The position numbers were made by a program, and so were the translations under genes. 64,000 nucleotides of DNA. It comes from an uncultured cyanobacterium. GTDB taxonomy: Bacteria > Cyanobacteriota > Cyanobacteriia > Cyanobacteriales > Nostocaceae. Positions 42,762-52,799 of this stretch are shown here, piece after piece (position 1 is the stretch's first letter; the number at the start of each line of letters is the position of its first letter). The stretch covers positions 1,056,001-1,120,000 of the forward strand of contig CAVUDP010000002.1 of NCBI GenBank assembly GCA_963740315.1, given 5' to 3'. The notes under the pieces were generated by a model. That model saw nothing but the letters and a program-made list of their open reading frames with translations, was not told where the DNA came from and searched no databases.

Positions 42762-44768
42762 ATGAGCATTTCGACTTCCGTACTGAGTGATTTGATACAG
42801 GTACTACCGTACTTGCGACCCCAAATATACTTTAAAGCTTCATTAACAGCGCTCTCCCACGCGATGGAAGATCAAGTTTTGGCTGCAACAATGGAGCAGC
42901 CTTTGGTGATTGCCAGTTTTCAAAGGGAAAGATTTTACCGTCAAGAATCTCATCGCTATCAGCGGCTGGCGCAAATAAGCAATCAAGTATACGTTTTATC
43001 TGCACCAGAAACAGATTTTAGCAACAGTTCGGAATATTACGAAAAGATAGCTTTTGAGCCAAAAGATGCACTTTCTCAAGAATGGCATTTGGTGGTAATT
43101 GCTTTTAATTATGCAACTTGCTTAGTTTGTCGAGAATATCCAACTTCCATAGCTAAAAATTTACCAGAATTAAGTCCGAGTCTCGATATGGACACGGCGC
43201 GAAGATTCGAGGGAATTTGGACGGCAGAAAGGGGTGTAAGCTTGAAAGCTGCCGACTTGTTATTAGATAAAATACTTATTTATCGTCCGGAATTAGCATC
43301 GAAAATTGAACAAGCGCGTCAACGGTTTGGCATTGGAGACGATCGCAAGCACAAGATTATAGACGACGAAACTAACGAATATGCTTGCGACATTGATACT
43401 AACCCCTTTGTGCAGCGTTTAGTTACCTATTTACAAGCCAGCCAATATAAACTCCACAAAGCTTATCGCTCGATCGCCGCTCAAGCACGAAAAGAACGTT
43501 TAGTCAACTCAATTAGTACCGCAATTCGGCGATCGCTAAATCCGCGATCGGTATTAGAAGTAGCCGTACAGGAGTTAGGAGAAAACTTAGAAGCGAGTCG
43601 TTGTTTAATCTATCGCGCTCAAGCTGGCGATACGAGCGCAATCATCGAACATGAATTTATCAGTCCCGGTATTTTATCGTTATTAGGACAAACCAGAGAA
43701 TTACAAAATAATCCGCTATTTCAGGAAGTAGTAGAAACGGGTGAGGGCGTGTGTATTACCGATACGAGCGCTGACTATCGCGTGAATAATTCTTCAGCGA
43801 TCGCGGATTTTGTGAAAAAGTTTTCGATTCGTTCCTGGTTGATGGAACCCGTATGGTTTCAGGGACGAATGTTAGGCATGATAGAGTTGCAGTATTGCGA
43901 CGATGAACCCCACGAATGGCAAGCTGGCGAACTAGATTTAGTTACAGCGATCGCCACCTCCGTCGGAGCCGCTTTAATTCAAGCAGAAGCTTACGCCAAT
44001 TTAGAAGATTTTAACCAACAATTAGAAGCATTAGAACGTACTCGCAGCAACTTGATCGCTATTACCGGGCACGAACTGCGGACTCCACTTTCCACAATTC
44101 AGGTGTGCTTGGAAAGCCTCTCTACCGAACCAGATATGCCCTTGGAATTGCGTGAAATAATGCTAAGTACGGCACTTTCTGACTCAGAAAGAATGCGGAA
44201 ATTAATTCAAGATTTTCTTACTCTTTCCAATTTAGAAAGCGGTCGAATAGAATGGCATCCAGAAACACTAACGCTACAAGAATGTGTAGATTTAGCAGTT
44301 AGCAGAATTAACGCTCGCACCAAAATAGAAGACTTACCCAAAGTTTCTATTAAAATATCTGACAATTTGCCTTTAGTTAGAGCAGATGGCGATTGGTTAG
44401 TCGAAGTCTTAGCAAAACTTCTTGATAATGCTTGTAAATTTACGCCACCCGAAGGAAAAATTAGCATCAAAGCAACTAAAAACGGCAATCAAATGGTTGA
44501 AGTTACCGTTGCCGACACCGGAAGAGGAATAGAACCCAATCGATTAGAAATAGTTTTTGACCGCTTTTATCAAGAAGAAGGAGCCTTAAGACGCACCACG
44601 GGGGGAACGGGTTTAGGCTTAGCAATTTGTCGTCAAATAGTCATTGGTTGGGGAGGAGAAATCTGGGCAGAATCATCTGGTAAAGATAAAGGCTCCAAAT
44701 TTCACTTCACCGTACCCAGTATTGAAGGAAGCCAGGAAGAGAGGGTAGTGGTGGCTGCGAGGAAGTAG
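42762..44768 (+). CDS. Sensor histidine kinase, DICT-GAF-HisKA-HATPase
   Basis: YFKASLTALSHAMED/FQRERFY (DICT), GAF, GHELRTPL, LDNACKF, DTGRG, GGTGLGL. Confidence 0.92.
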   Translation: MSISTSVLSDLIQVLPYLRPQIYFKASLTALSHAMEDQVLAATMEQPLVIASFQRERFYRQESHRYQRLAQISNQVYVLSAPETDFSNSSEYYEKIAFEPKDALSQEWHLVVIAFNYATCLVCREYPTSIAKNLPELSPSLDMDTARRFEGIWTAERGVSLKAADLLLDKILIYRPELASKIEQARQRFGIGDDRKHKIIDDETNEYACDIDTNPFVQRLVTYLQASQYKLHKAYRSIAAQARKERLVNSISTAIRRSLNPRSVLEVAVQELGENLEASRCLIYRAQAGDTSAIIEHEFISPGILSLLGQTRELQNNPLFQEVVETGEGVCITDTSADYRVNNSSAIADFVKKFSIRSWLMEPVWFQGRMLGMIELQYCDDEPHEWQAGELDLVTAIATSVGAALIQAEAYANLEDFNQQLEALERTRSNLIAITGHELRTPLSTIQVCLESLSTEPDMPLELREIMLSTALSDSERMRKLIQDFLTLSNLESGRIEWHPETLTLQECVDLAVSRINARTKIEDLPKVSIKISDNLPLVRADGDWLVEVLAKLLDNACKFTPPEGKISIKATKNGNQMVEVTVADTGRGIEPNRLEIVFDRFYQEEGALRRTTGGTGLGLAICRQIVIGWGGEIWAESSGKDKGSKFHFTVPSIEGSQEERVVVAARK

Positions 44769-45083
44769 ATGGGGGGATGGGGAGATGGGGAGAGGGGGAG
44801 ATGGGGAGATGGGGAGATGGGGAGATGGGGAGATGGGGAGATGGGGTAGAGGGGGGAGAGGGGGAGAGTGGGTAGAGGGGTAGAGTGGGTAGTTAAATAG
44901 CGAGCTTTCCGGCGATCGCTACTCCTAACTCATAACTCTTAACTCCTAACTATTCCCAATGCCCAATGCCCAATGCCCAATGCCCAATGCCCAATGCCCA
45001 ATGCCCAATTCCCAATGCCCAATTCCCAATGCCCAATGCCCAATTCCCAATGCCCAATGCCCAATTACCAATGCCCAATGCCC
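44769..45083. repeat. STRR arrays: G-rich GGGGAGAT-type units, then CCTAACT and (CCCAATG)n heptamers
   Basis: Directly visible; (CCCAATG/CCCAATT) array spans about 44953-45083. Confidence 0.92.
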
Positions 45084-45179
45084 AAATTTGTAAGAACTGT
45101 TAAACTTCCTAACGTAATGGTAATATGACCCCGGTTGCAGTGTTACGATGCCGTAAAAACGTTGAGAGAACATTTGATT

Positions 45180-45608
45180 ATGGCAGAAACACTCTCTGGA
45201 AAAACTCCTTTATTTGGTGGCAGCACTGGCGGCTTGCTCAAAAAAGCAGTTGAAGAAGAAAAGTACGCGATTACTTGGACTAGCCCCAAGCAGCAGGTTT
45301 TTGAAATGCCTACTGGTGGCGCTGCTGTGATGAATGAAGGCGAAAATATGCTGGAAATTGCTCGTAAAGAGTACGGCATTGCTTTGGGCGCTATATTCCG
45401 GAAAATGAAGATCACTGATTATAAAATTTACCGGATTTATCCCAGTGGTGAAACTCAGTATTTACATCCGGCTGATGGTGTCTTCCCTGAGAAGGTCAAC
45501 GAAGGTCGCGAAAAAATACGTTTGGTTAACCGTAGAATAGGCGAAAATCCTAGTGCTGCAAAACTCAAGTTTAGTGGCGTAACACCTTATGACGCTCCTA
45601 ATCCGTAA
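45180..45608 (+). CDS. psaD: Photosystem I subunit II
   Basis: [41 protein letters not shown]. Confidence 0.97.
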   Translation: MAETLSGKTPLFGGSTGGLLKKAVEEEKYAITWTSPKQQVFEMPTGGAAVMNEGENMLEIARKEYGIALGAIFRKMKITDYKIYRIYPSGETQYLHPADGVFPEKVNEGREKIRLVNRRIGENPSAAKLKFSGVTPYDAPNP

Positions 45609-45828
45609 CTAATACAGTGAACAGTAAGCAGTGAACAGTAAACAGTGAACAATCTTATCGGGAATTGAACGCAAGATATGAGGAATAGATAATCGGTTAG
45701 GATTCTAAAACTGTATGTCTTTTTTTGTATCTTTGTGTTTAGCGGATAAATACAACTGTTGACTAATAACTGCTGACTGTTCACTGATAACTGCTCACTG
45801 ATAACTGCTCACTGATAACTGAAATGCC

Positions 45829-47376
45829 GTGATTTTTCCCGATTTCTCTGAATTCTGCAAGTTAGCAAAACAAGGTAATTTTGTCCCGGTGTATCAAGAG
45901 TGGGTGGCGGATTTAGATACGCCTGTTTCGGCTTGGTATAAGGTATGTGCCGGTCAATCTTATAGTTTTTTGCTGGAGTCGGTGGAAGGTGGGGAGAAAT
46001 TAGGACGTTATAGTTGGGTGGGTTGCGATCCTTTATGGATTTTAGAAGCTACGGGTGAAAATCAAGGTTCGGGGGTTGATGGTTATCAAACGATTCAAAC
46101 TTTCCGAGATGGAAAACAGGTAGTTTTTAAAGGCGATCCTTTTAATGCTTTAAGCGAATGTTTGACAGCTTTGCAACCAGTTAATTTACCTCAATTGCCG
46201 CCGGGAATTAATGGTTTGTTTGGTTTTTGGGGTTATGAATTAATTCGCTGGATTGAACCACGAGTAAAGGTTCATCCGCAAGATGAGCGAAATATTCCCG
46301 ATGGGTTGTGGATGCAGGTAGATCACCTGTTGATTTTTGACCAGGTAAAGCGGAAAATTTGGGCGGTTGCTTATGCGGATTTACGCAGTCCAAATGTGGA
46401 TTTAAAAGCGGCTTACGAGCAAGCAAGCGGTATGGTTTCTGGGATGGTAAACAAGCTCTCCGAACCTTTGCCACCAGAAAAAACCATCATGGAATGGACT
46501 CCACCAGCAATAAGAAATGTAAATGTTGCAGAAGAATATAAAAGTAATTTTACGAAATCAGAGTTTTGTGCCAGCGTTGTCAAAGCCAAGGAATATATCA
46601 AAGCGGGAGATATTTTTCAAGTAGTTGTTTCCCAACGATTATCAACTGAATATAATGGTGAACCTTTTGCGCTTTACCGTTCCCTACGTCAGATAAATCC
46701 TTCACCTTATATGTGTTACTTCCACTTCAAGGATTGGCAAATTATCGGTTCGAGTCCAGAAGTGATGGTGAAAGCGGAAAGCGATGGGGAAGATGGAGTT
46801 ATCGCAACGGTACGTCCGATCGCCGGAACTCGTCCGCGTGGTAAAACTGTGGGGGAAGATGCAGACTTTGCTGAGGATTTGCTCAAAGATCCTAAAGAAA
46901 TCGCCGAACACGTGATGTTAGTAGATTTAGGACGAAACGATTTAGGGCGCGTTTGTGAAAATGGTAGCGTTACAGTTGATGATTTAATGAAAATTGAGCG
47001 CTACTCTCACGTTATGCATATCGTTAGTAACGTAGTCGGTAAATTGGCATCGGGTAAAAACGCTTGGGATTTGCTCAAAGCTTGCTTTCCTGCGGGTACC
47101 GTTAGCGGCGCACCAAAAATACGAGCAATGGAAATTATCCACGAATTAGAACCCAGTCGTCGCGGAGTTTATTCGGGTGTTTACGGATATTACGACTTTG
47201 AAGGGCAATTGAATAGCGCGATCGCAATTCGCACGATGGTAGTCCGCGATAATACCGTGATGGTACAAGCAGGTGCGGGCTTGGTTGCCGATTCCGAGCC
47301 GGAGAAAGAATATGAGGAGACTTTGAATAAAGCGCGGGGTTTGTTAGAAGCGATACGTTGTTTGAGGAATTCTTAA
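45829..47376 (+). CDS. trpE: Anthranilate synthase component I
   Basis: ADLDTPVS, LLESVEGGE, GDIFQVV, NPSPY, PIAGTRPRG, EHVMLVDLGRND, SGAPK. Confidence 0.96.
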   Translation: MIFPDFSEFCKLAKQGNFVPVYQEWVADLDTPVSAWYKVCAGQSYSFLLESVEGGEKLGRYSWVGCDPLWILEATGENQGSGVDGYQTIQTFRDGKQVVFKGDPFNALSECLTALQPVNLPQLPPGINGLFGFWGYELIRWIEPRVKVHPQDERNIPDGLWMQVDHLLIFDQVKRKIWAVAYADLRSPNVDLKAAYEQASGMVSGMVNKLSEPLPPEKTIMEWTPPAIRNVNVAEEYKSNFTKSEFCASVVKAKEYIKAGDIFQVVVSQRLSTEYNGEPFALYRSLRQINPSPYMCYFHFKDWQIIGSSPEVMVKAESDGEDGVIATVRPIAGTRPRGKTVGEDADFAEDLLKDPKEIAEHVMLVDLGRNDLGRVCENGSVTVDDLMKIERYSHVMHIVSNVVGKLASGKNAWDLLKACFPAGTVSGAPKIRAMEIIHELEPSRRGVYSGVYGYYDFEGQLNSAIAIRTMVVRDNTVMVQAGAGLVADSEPEKEYEETLNKARGLLEAIRCLRNS

Positions 47377-47942
47377 CTATTAACTAGTTTTAACCAAGCA
47401 AATACCTGTGCGACTGTAATCTTAAGAGGTAAATATTCTAGTACGGGTAATTCATCATCACCAGTCATTTCTAAAGGTTGCTGTCCTAGTAGAAATACTA
47501 ATATTAAACGCTCGCTTGGGTCAATTAACCAACCTATTTTAGTTCCGTGTTTTAAACAGTGAAGAATATTAGTAATTACTTTAGTTGAACTTTTGTCTGG
47601 TGATAATATTTCAATTGTCCAATCTGGATAAATTTGAAAATTATTCTCAACTTCATCAGCATCAAAAGGAATTCTTTCTCAAGCAAATACAGTCACATCT
47701 GGAACTATCGAACGTCCACCAAAGGTACAGCGCAATTCTGGAAAAGCTAAAGCGATTTTTTGCGTTTCACCTACTTGGTTAACTGCATTGCAAAGCTTTA
47801 ATTGTAATCGAGAATGTTTACCTTGGGGCATCGGCTTTTGGGATATGCGATCGTTTATAAATTCGCTAGCGGGTTTGGTTTCGGGTAGTTTGAGGAATTC
47901 TGATAAAGTGATGGATTGATGGAGTGTAGATTTAATTTGCAT
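47373..47942 (-). pseudogene. Uma2 family endonuclease-like gene interrupted by an in-frame TGA at 47681-47679
   Basis: FLKLPETKPASE...VPDVTVFA*ERIP...PDWTIEILSPD...GWLIDP continues in the same frame to TAA at 47375-47373. Confidence 0.88.
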
Positions 47943-47946
47943 TATG

Positions 47947-48015
47947 CTAGCGAGCAAGATGGATGATTCTAGCGAGCAAGATGGATGATTCTAGCGAGCA
48001 AGATGCTCGCACTAC
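47947..48015. repeat. 22-bp tandem duplication of a REP arm ending in GCGAGCAAGATGCTCGCACTAC
   Basis: CTAGCGAGCAAGATGGATGATT x2 followed by CTAGCGAGCAAGATGCTCGCACTAC. Confidence 0.85.
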
Positions 48016-48022
48016 AATGTTT

Positions 48023-48709
48023 TCAAATCTCTGGTTCAATTCCTGCTGCTCTGAGTTGTGCTGCTAAACGTTCTGCTTTTTCCGAACCCCATAATAAAAG
48101 ACTGCCATTTTCATCCCACCACCGCAACCAATAACCCGTGCGGTTTTCTCTGTTTCCTTCCCATACTCCTAAAAATAGCTGCATTTGAGCAATCCAAAAA
48201 CGGTTATTTGCATCGGGTTTTTGCAGATGATACCGTTTTGAATCATCCAATTGATAAACTTCTATTTCACCGCTATCTGGTTCAAAAATAATGTAGTTGG
48301 GAACTTCTAAAATTTGTTCGTAAAAGAACCACTTTCCAGGGGGATAAGTAGGTTTAATAGAATACTCACCACCTTCAGTATCGGAAAGAAATTCCATCAC
48401 AATAACTGGAATATCGCCTTGAAGTTGCGGTGTATAGCTGCGTTTAACTTCCTGTCGCGATACGGTAATATTAGGCACGTAAGCCCAATCTGGGGCTTTT
48501 ACTACCATCTTTTGATTTAAAGTAGCGCAGATACCGTAATTGGTGGAAGTAAGAGAATTATCCGGTAATTTATTTGCAATATCTAAACTGTGAGATAACG
48601 CAGCAGCAAGGGATGGATGATTGATATTATCCACAGGTTCGTTTTCTAAAACAAAGTCTTCGGGAAGTTTTTCCCAGGTAATTTGGTAGTTGGGAGCGGT
48701 GGAAAGCAT
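48023..48709 (-). CDS. Uma2 family (DUF820) endonuclease-like protein
   Basis: WEKLP.DF.L, KAPDW, VMEFLS, GKWFFYE, AERLAAQLRAAGIEP tail. Confidence 0.9.
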   Translation of the reverse strand: MLSTAPNYQITWEKLPEDFVLENEPVDNINHPSLAAALSHSLDIANKLPDNSLTSTNYGICATLNQKMVVKAPDWAYVPNITVSRQEVKRSYTPQLQGDIPVIVMEFLSDTEGGEYSIKPTYPPGKWFFYEQILEVPNYIIFEPDSGEIEVYQLDDSKRYHLQKPDANNRFWIAQMQLFLGVWEGNRENRTGYWLRWWDENGSLLLWGSEKAERLAAQLRAAGIEPEI

Positions 48710-48894
48710 GGGAAGAGATAGGATGTTTAGTTTTAGTGTAGCGGTTGGGGTTGAAAGCTAATCGCAAATCATTTGTAAAACATGATGTTTTTACTTTCTT
48801 GCCGCCAGAAAATTATCGATAAAAAAACCTTACTAGGCGCAAAGAATGCAGAGAAAATAAGTAAATAATAAGTAATTTTAGACTGAGATAGGAG

Positions 48895-48948
48895 TAGTGC
48901 GAGCATCTTGCTCGCTATATGTCTCAAGCGAGCAAGATGCTCGCACTA
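48895..48948. repeat. REP-like perfect 22-bp inverted repeat; possible terminator of the PIWI-like/helicase operon
   Basis: TAGTGCGAGCATCTTGCTCGCT - 10 nt - AGCGAGCAAGATGCTCGCACTA, ~48 nt past the helicase stop. Confidence 0.85.
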
Positions 48949-48995
48949 GTTATAATTTTATAAATCATTTAGTTGAAGAATTCTGTAAACTAAAT

Positions 48996-51900
48996 TTATT
49001 CCTTAGACAAAATCAAATTTAATACGTTTAATTCATTAGAAGTCAACAAATACTTATCTGTAAAGCTCTTTTTTCTGATTTCTCCTAAACTGTAACTTCT
49101 AAAAAGCACAAATGGAAATTCTCTGTACCCATCACCAATCGGTAAAATATTATTAACGGGATAAAGCAAGCGGATATAAGTGGCGAGAATATCGCGAAAA
49201 CGCCCATCTTCAGGTTCTTCGGGTTGATTGGTAAAATATTCTTTTAGCACTTCACCACTGATAAATGTAAACAATGGTAAGGCATAATATTGATCGGAAT
49301 TTCGGCTTGATTGTTCGAGTTTTTGGGTTCTATTAACTTCTTCTTTGAGTTTATTAATTAATTCTATGCCATCTACGATCGCAAAACGTAAATTTTCGGG
49401 ATAAGTTTTACGACGACTAATATAAAGCATATTTTGCCATAATTTTTCGTTAGCGTAAGTAGCTATATCTAACACCCGCATCTGGTAATTTTCTTCTAAA
49501 GCATTATTTGGAATTGGTACTATTAATAAACTTCCGCTGATATAAGCTAGCTCAAGATTGCCGAAATCTAATAATTTATCTAAACTAGTACAAATTTTCG
49601 CAAAGCTATTGTTAAAAGTTTTAAATAAATCGAGATAATTAAAATCTGTGCTATCTCTAACTATAAAATCTGCCGTACCTAATAGTTTTTCTAAATTTGT
49701 ATAAACTTGTTCTACTAAAATATCGCTTCTGTTTCGACGATGTTCTTGTTTTAACTGTTTAATCAGGTTTGCTATCTGAGCAGAAAATGTTCCACCAGCA
49801 GTAAAAATAGATTTACCACCGATAGGAATAATAATAAATTTTTCTCTACCTATGTTTCCATGACCAAATATTCTGGTGTTGATGGAAGCTTTTAAAATTA
49901 ATAGTATATTTAATAACGATAATACGCTTTCTTGGATAGCTAATTTTTGATTTTCAAGGTCATCTTGATAGTAAACTGACTTTTGAGCTAGGTAAAAAAT
50001 GAGTTCTTTATCTTGATTATCAATTTTATCATCTCCCCGACCTCTATATATTACCTGAATCACTTCCATGAGGTTTTTCTCAATTTGAAATCCAGGAATT
50101 TCGACTAAAATATGTTTTGCTTTAGGAAAAGATAAACCTCTACTTCCGGAAGCTGTCATAAAAACGATTTTGACATCATTTTTACATTGATTAATTTGTT
50201 CTTTTTCTGATTCGGATATATTAGCGTGAATTTCGATATAATCTTTAAACGGTTTAAATTCTCTTTGCCGTTCAATTTTTTCAATTAATTCGCCTAATCT
50301 TTGTTTATCTTGAATGTAAACTATAATTTGTTCGACTTCGGAACGATTTAATAATGCTTGTATATCTTGAAGAATCTCTTTTTGTAAGCTTTTAGTTAAA
50401 CTATTTTTATCTTTAAGCCGATCTATATATAGTTGAGATTCAACGATAGCTTTATATGCGATCGTTAAACTTTTAGCTGGGTAAGAATTAGCATTGATTA
50501 CAGTAGATGGTAACTCTTTGAACGTAAAATTCTCGATTGAAAGAGGTTCAGATATATCGGAAGTTCTACGAAAGTATATTTTATCTGGTTCCGCCGTTTT
50601 ATCGGCAAGATGTTGATTTATGACGTTTTTATCAACTATCGAAGCGTCGGCAATAATTACTTTTGTATTAAAACCATTTTGAGAATCGGTTAGTTTATAT
50701 TTAGATAAAATCTGATGGATACCGTGCAAAAATTCAACACCGCTATCATCACCAGTTATCTCATCTATCATAATGAATAAATGCTTAATTTTGCTAGAAA
50801 TAGCTTGCATTCGTTCGGGAATGATAAAATTTTCTCTTTCGTTATAAGCATTTCTAAAAATTTTCTCAAAGTGCTTTAAAGTATCGTTATTATCAAAGGT
50901 TTTTTTCAGAGATTGAATTGAAACTGTAGCGATAATATTATGAGATTCTTGACGATCTATCACTGTGTAAATTGCTTCACAGATACTATCTAAAACACCT
51001 TTACTGCTCTTCCTGGCATCTTGAATGGTATCATAATTTTTTCTATTCAGTTTATCGGCATGCTGCCAACGCAATTCAACATTGCGACTGTCGCAAAAGT
51101 GTACAGACTGCGATCTAAAATCTCCTTGACGTTGATTCGATAAATACTGAACCGTATATTCTCCTTGATTATCGTCAATTAAATTACTATAAGTATTAAT
51201 AGCTAATATCCTGTCATCGCATAGCTTCTGCGAGTTTTTATCCTTAAATTTTTCGATAATATCTAAATTTACTTGCTTGCGAGGGCTGACATAAAAGAAT
51301 AGAAAACCTTCATCAACATGACTTTTGAGAAAATTTGCGATCGCGGTTGTTTTACCAATACCGGGATTACCCGTCAAAAAGATATAGTTAGAGTCCGAAA
51401 TCAGTTCTTTTTTAATTAATTCTGCATGAGCATTTCGTAAATCCAAAGTTCCAGTTAATCCCAATTTATCCATTAAAGGTTGAGGAACATTTCCTACAGA
51501 ATTAACAAAGCCTTCAACTTTTTCTTGATGAGTTACAGTAGTCGTATTGTTAACAGGAATATCTAACAAAGCATCAACAAAATTCTTTCCTTTGGTAAAA
51601 CTACTATAAGCACTGCGTCTAATACGATATAAAACCTGTTTACGAGCTTCATTTATATCCTTAAGACTCGAATCATGAATATAGATTTCATAGCAATTTT
51701 GTAAAACTGTGATATTATCAGGTTTAACAGACATAGCACTTACACCGCGATCGCTATATCCCACCGCATTAAACGTTATTGATTCATCATTAATGATATT
51801 GTTATCTTTGAGAAAGTTATAAAAACTATAAGCGTAACCACCAGCTTGGATTAACTTAGCGCTTTCCTTATCCTTATATTTAAAAGCAGTAAAATAACTC

Positions 51901-52631
51901 TTCAAATCGTCGTTAAACTCGAAACCTAAAGACTGAGTATCAATACGAAGCTGTGAAAAAACGCTTTTCGAGCGTAAATAACTGATATCTCTAATCAATA
52001 AATTTCTTAAAATTTCCACAAAATCAAGATTTTTCACTTCTCAATCCGATTTTATAGAAAATACCGATAAGTCTACACAAAGTATTCTTATTTGTTTGCG
52101 ATGCCGTAACAGCATTAAAGTATCTGCATTAACAAACTCGCCTTTCTTACCTAAATCTAAATCTTCCCAAAAATATTGTTTGCTAAAACGTTCAACTTCA
52201 TCTGAAGTAAAGTTATCTAACTGAGTTAAAAGTTCTTTAAACCACTGTACTTTATTTTTACCTTCATAAGTTCCAATACTGTTATCGCCACTAAATTGAC
52301 ATTGATAATATAAAATTTCTACCTTTTTGATTTTACGTGGCTCATCCCAACCGATAGACTGTAAATATTCGGCAAAAAAATTCAATCCACAGAAAAAACC
52401 TTTTTGCAGATAAAACGTACTCCACTTTTGCACCATCTCTCTTTCAAGAGTACTAATAACCTGACTAACGATACGTTTAAGCATTTGAGGAAACTTTAAT
52501 TGCTGCAATTCCTCAAGATATAAATTATCAAAACCATGCGTTATCTGTTTCTCTTTGATATAAGCCAGAATTCCGATATTGAAACCGACTTCAAATAAAC
52601 GCCCTAATTCTTCCGCAATTTTAGATGACAT
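48996..52631 (-). CDS. Putative nuclease-SF2 helicase fusion (~1211 codons) split by one in-frame TGA at 52043-52041; appears as ORFs 52041-52631 and 48996-52037
   Basis: Both ORFs are in the same frame (...TCG GAT TGA GAA GTG AAA...). Helicase motifs GNPGIGKT, YVSPRKQV, IDEIT, ADAS, VYIQ, IHAN, TASGSRGLSFP, QVIYRGRG; N-terminal E14/D170/D187/QAGGY candidate nuclease motifs. Confidence 0.8.
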
Positions 52632-52717
52632 CCCGATTTAATTTATGATTTTTTCTGTTAAAATTACTCAAAAAACTCTGTGTTAAAAAAAATATTATCA
52701 TACCAACAGTAATAGTC

Positions 52718-52782
52718 AGAAGTCGGGTTTTTATAAAATTTGTAAGTGTATTACAGATACGTATTCTAAAAACCCGACTTCT
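52718..52782. repeat. 16-bp perfect inverted repeat in the intercistronic gap of the operon
   Basis: AGAAGTCGGGTTTTTA (52718-52733) / TAAAAACCCGACTTCT (52767-52782). Confidence 0.8.
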
Positions 52783-52799
52783 TAACCGGAGCCTCGTTT

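Noticed and set aside
44946..45173. 75-aa ORF with GIGHWAL repeats
   Set aside because: Translation of the (CCCAATG)n STRR array; antisense to the psaD promoter region
48996..52037. Cas3 or type I restriction HsdR assignment for the helicase
   Set aside because: No HD domain, no DEAH box, and no cas, hsdM or hsdS neighbours
47679..52043. Selenocysteine recoding of the two in-frame TGAs, prompted by mnmH/selU in the window
   Set aside because: Neither position looks like a catalytic Cys site (one is a likely Trp), no convincing SECIS hairpin follows, and MnmH needs only selenophosphate, not Sec decoding
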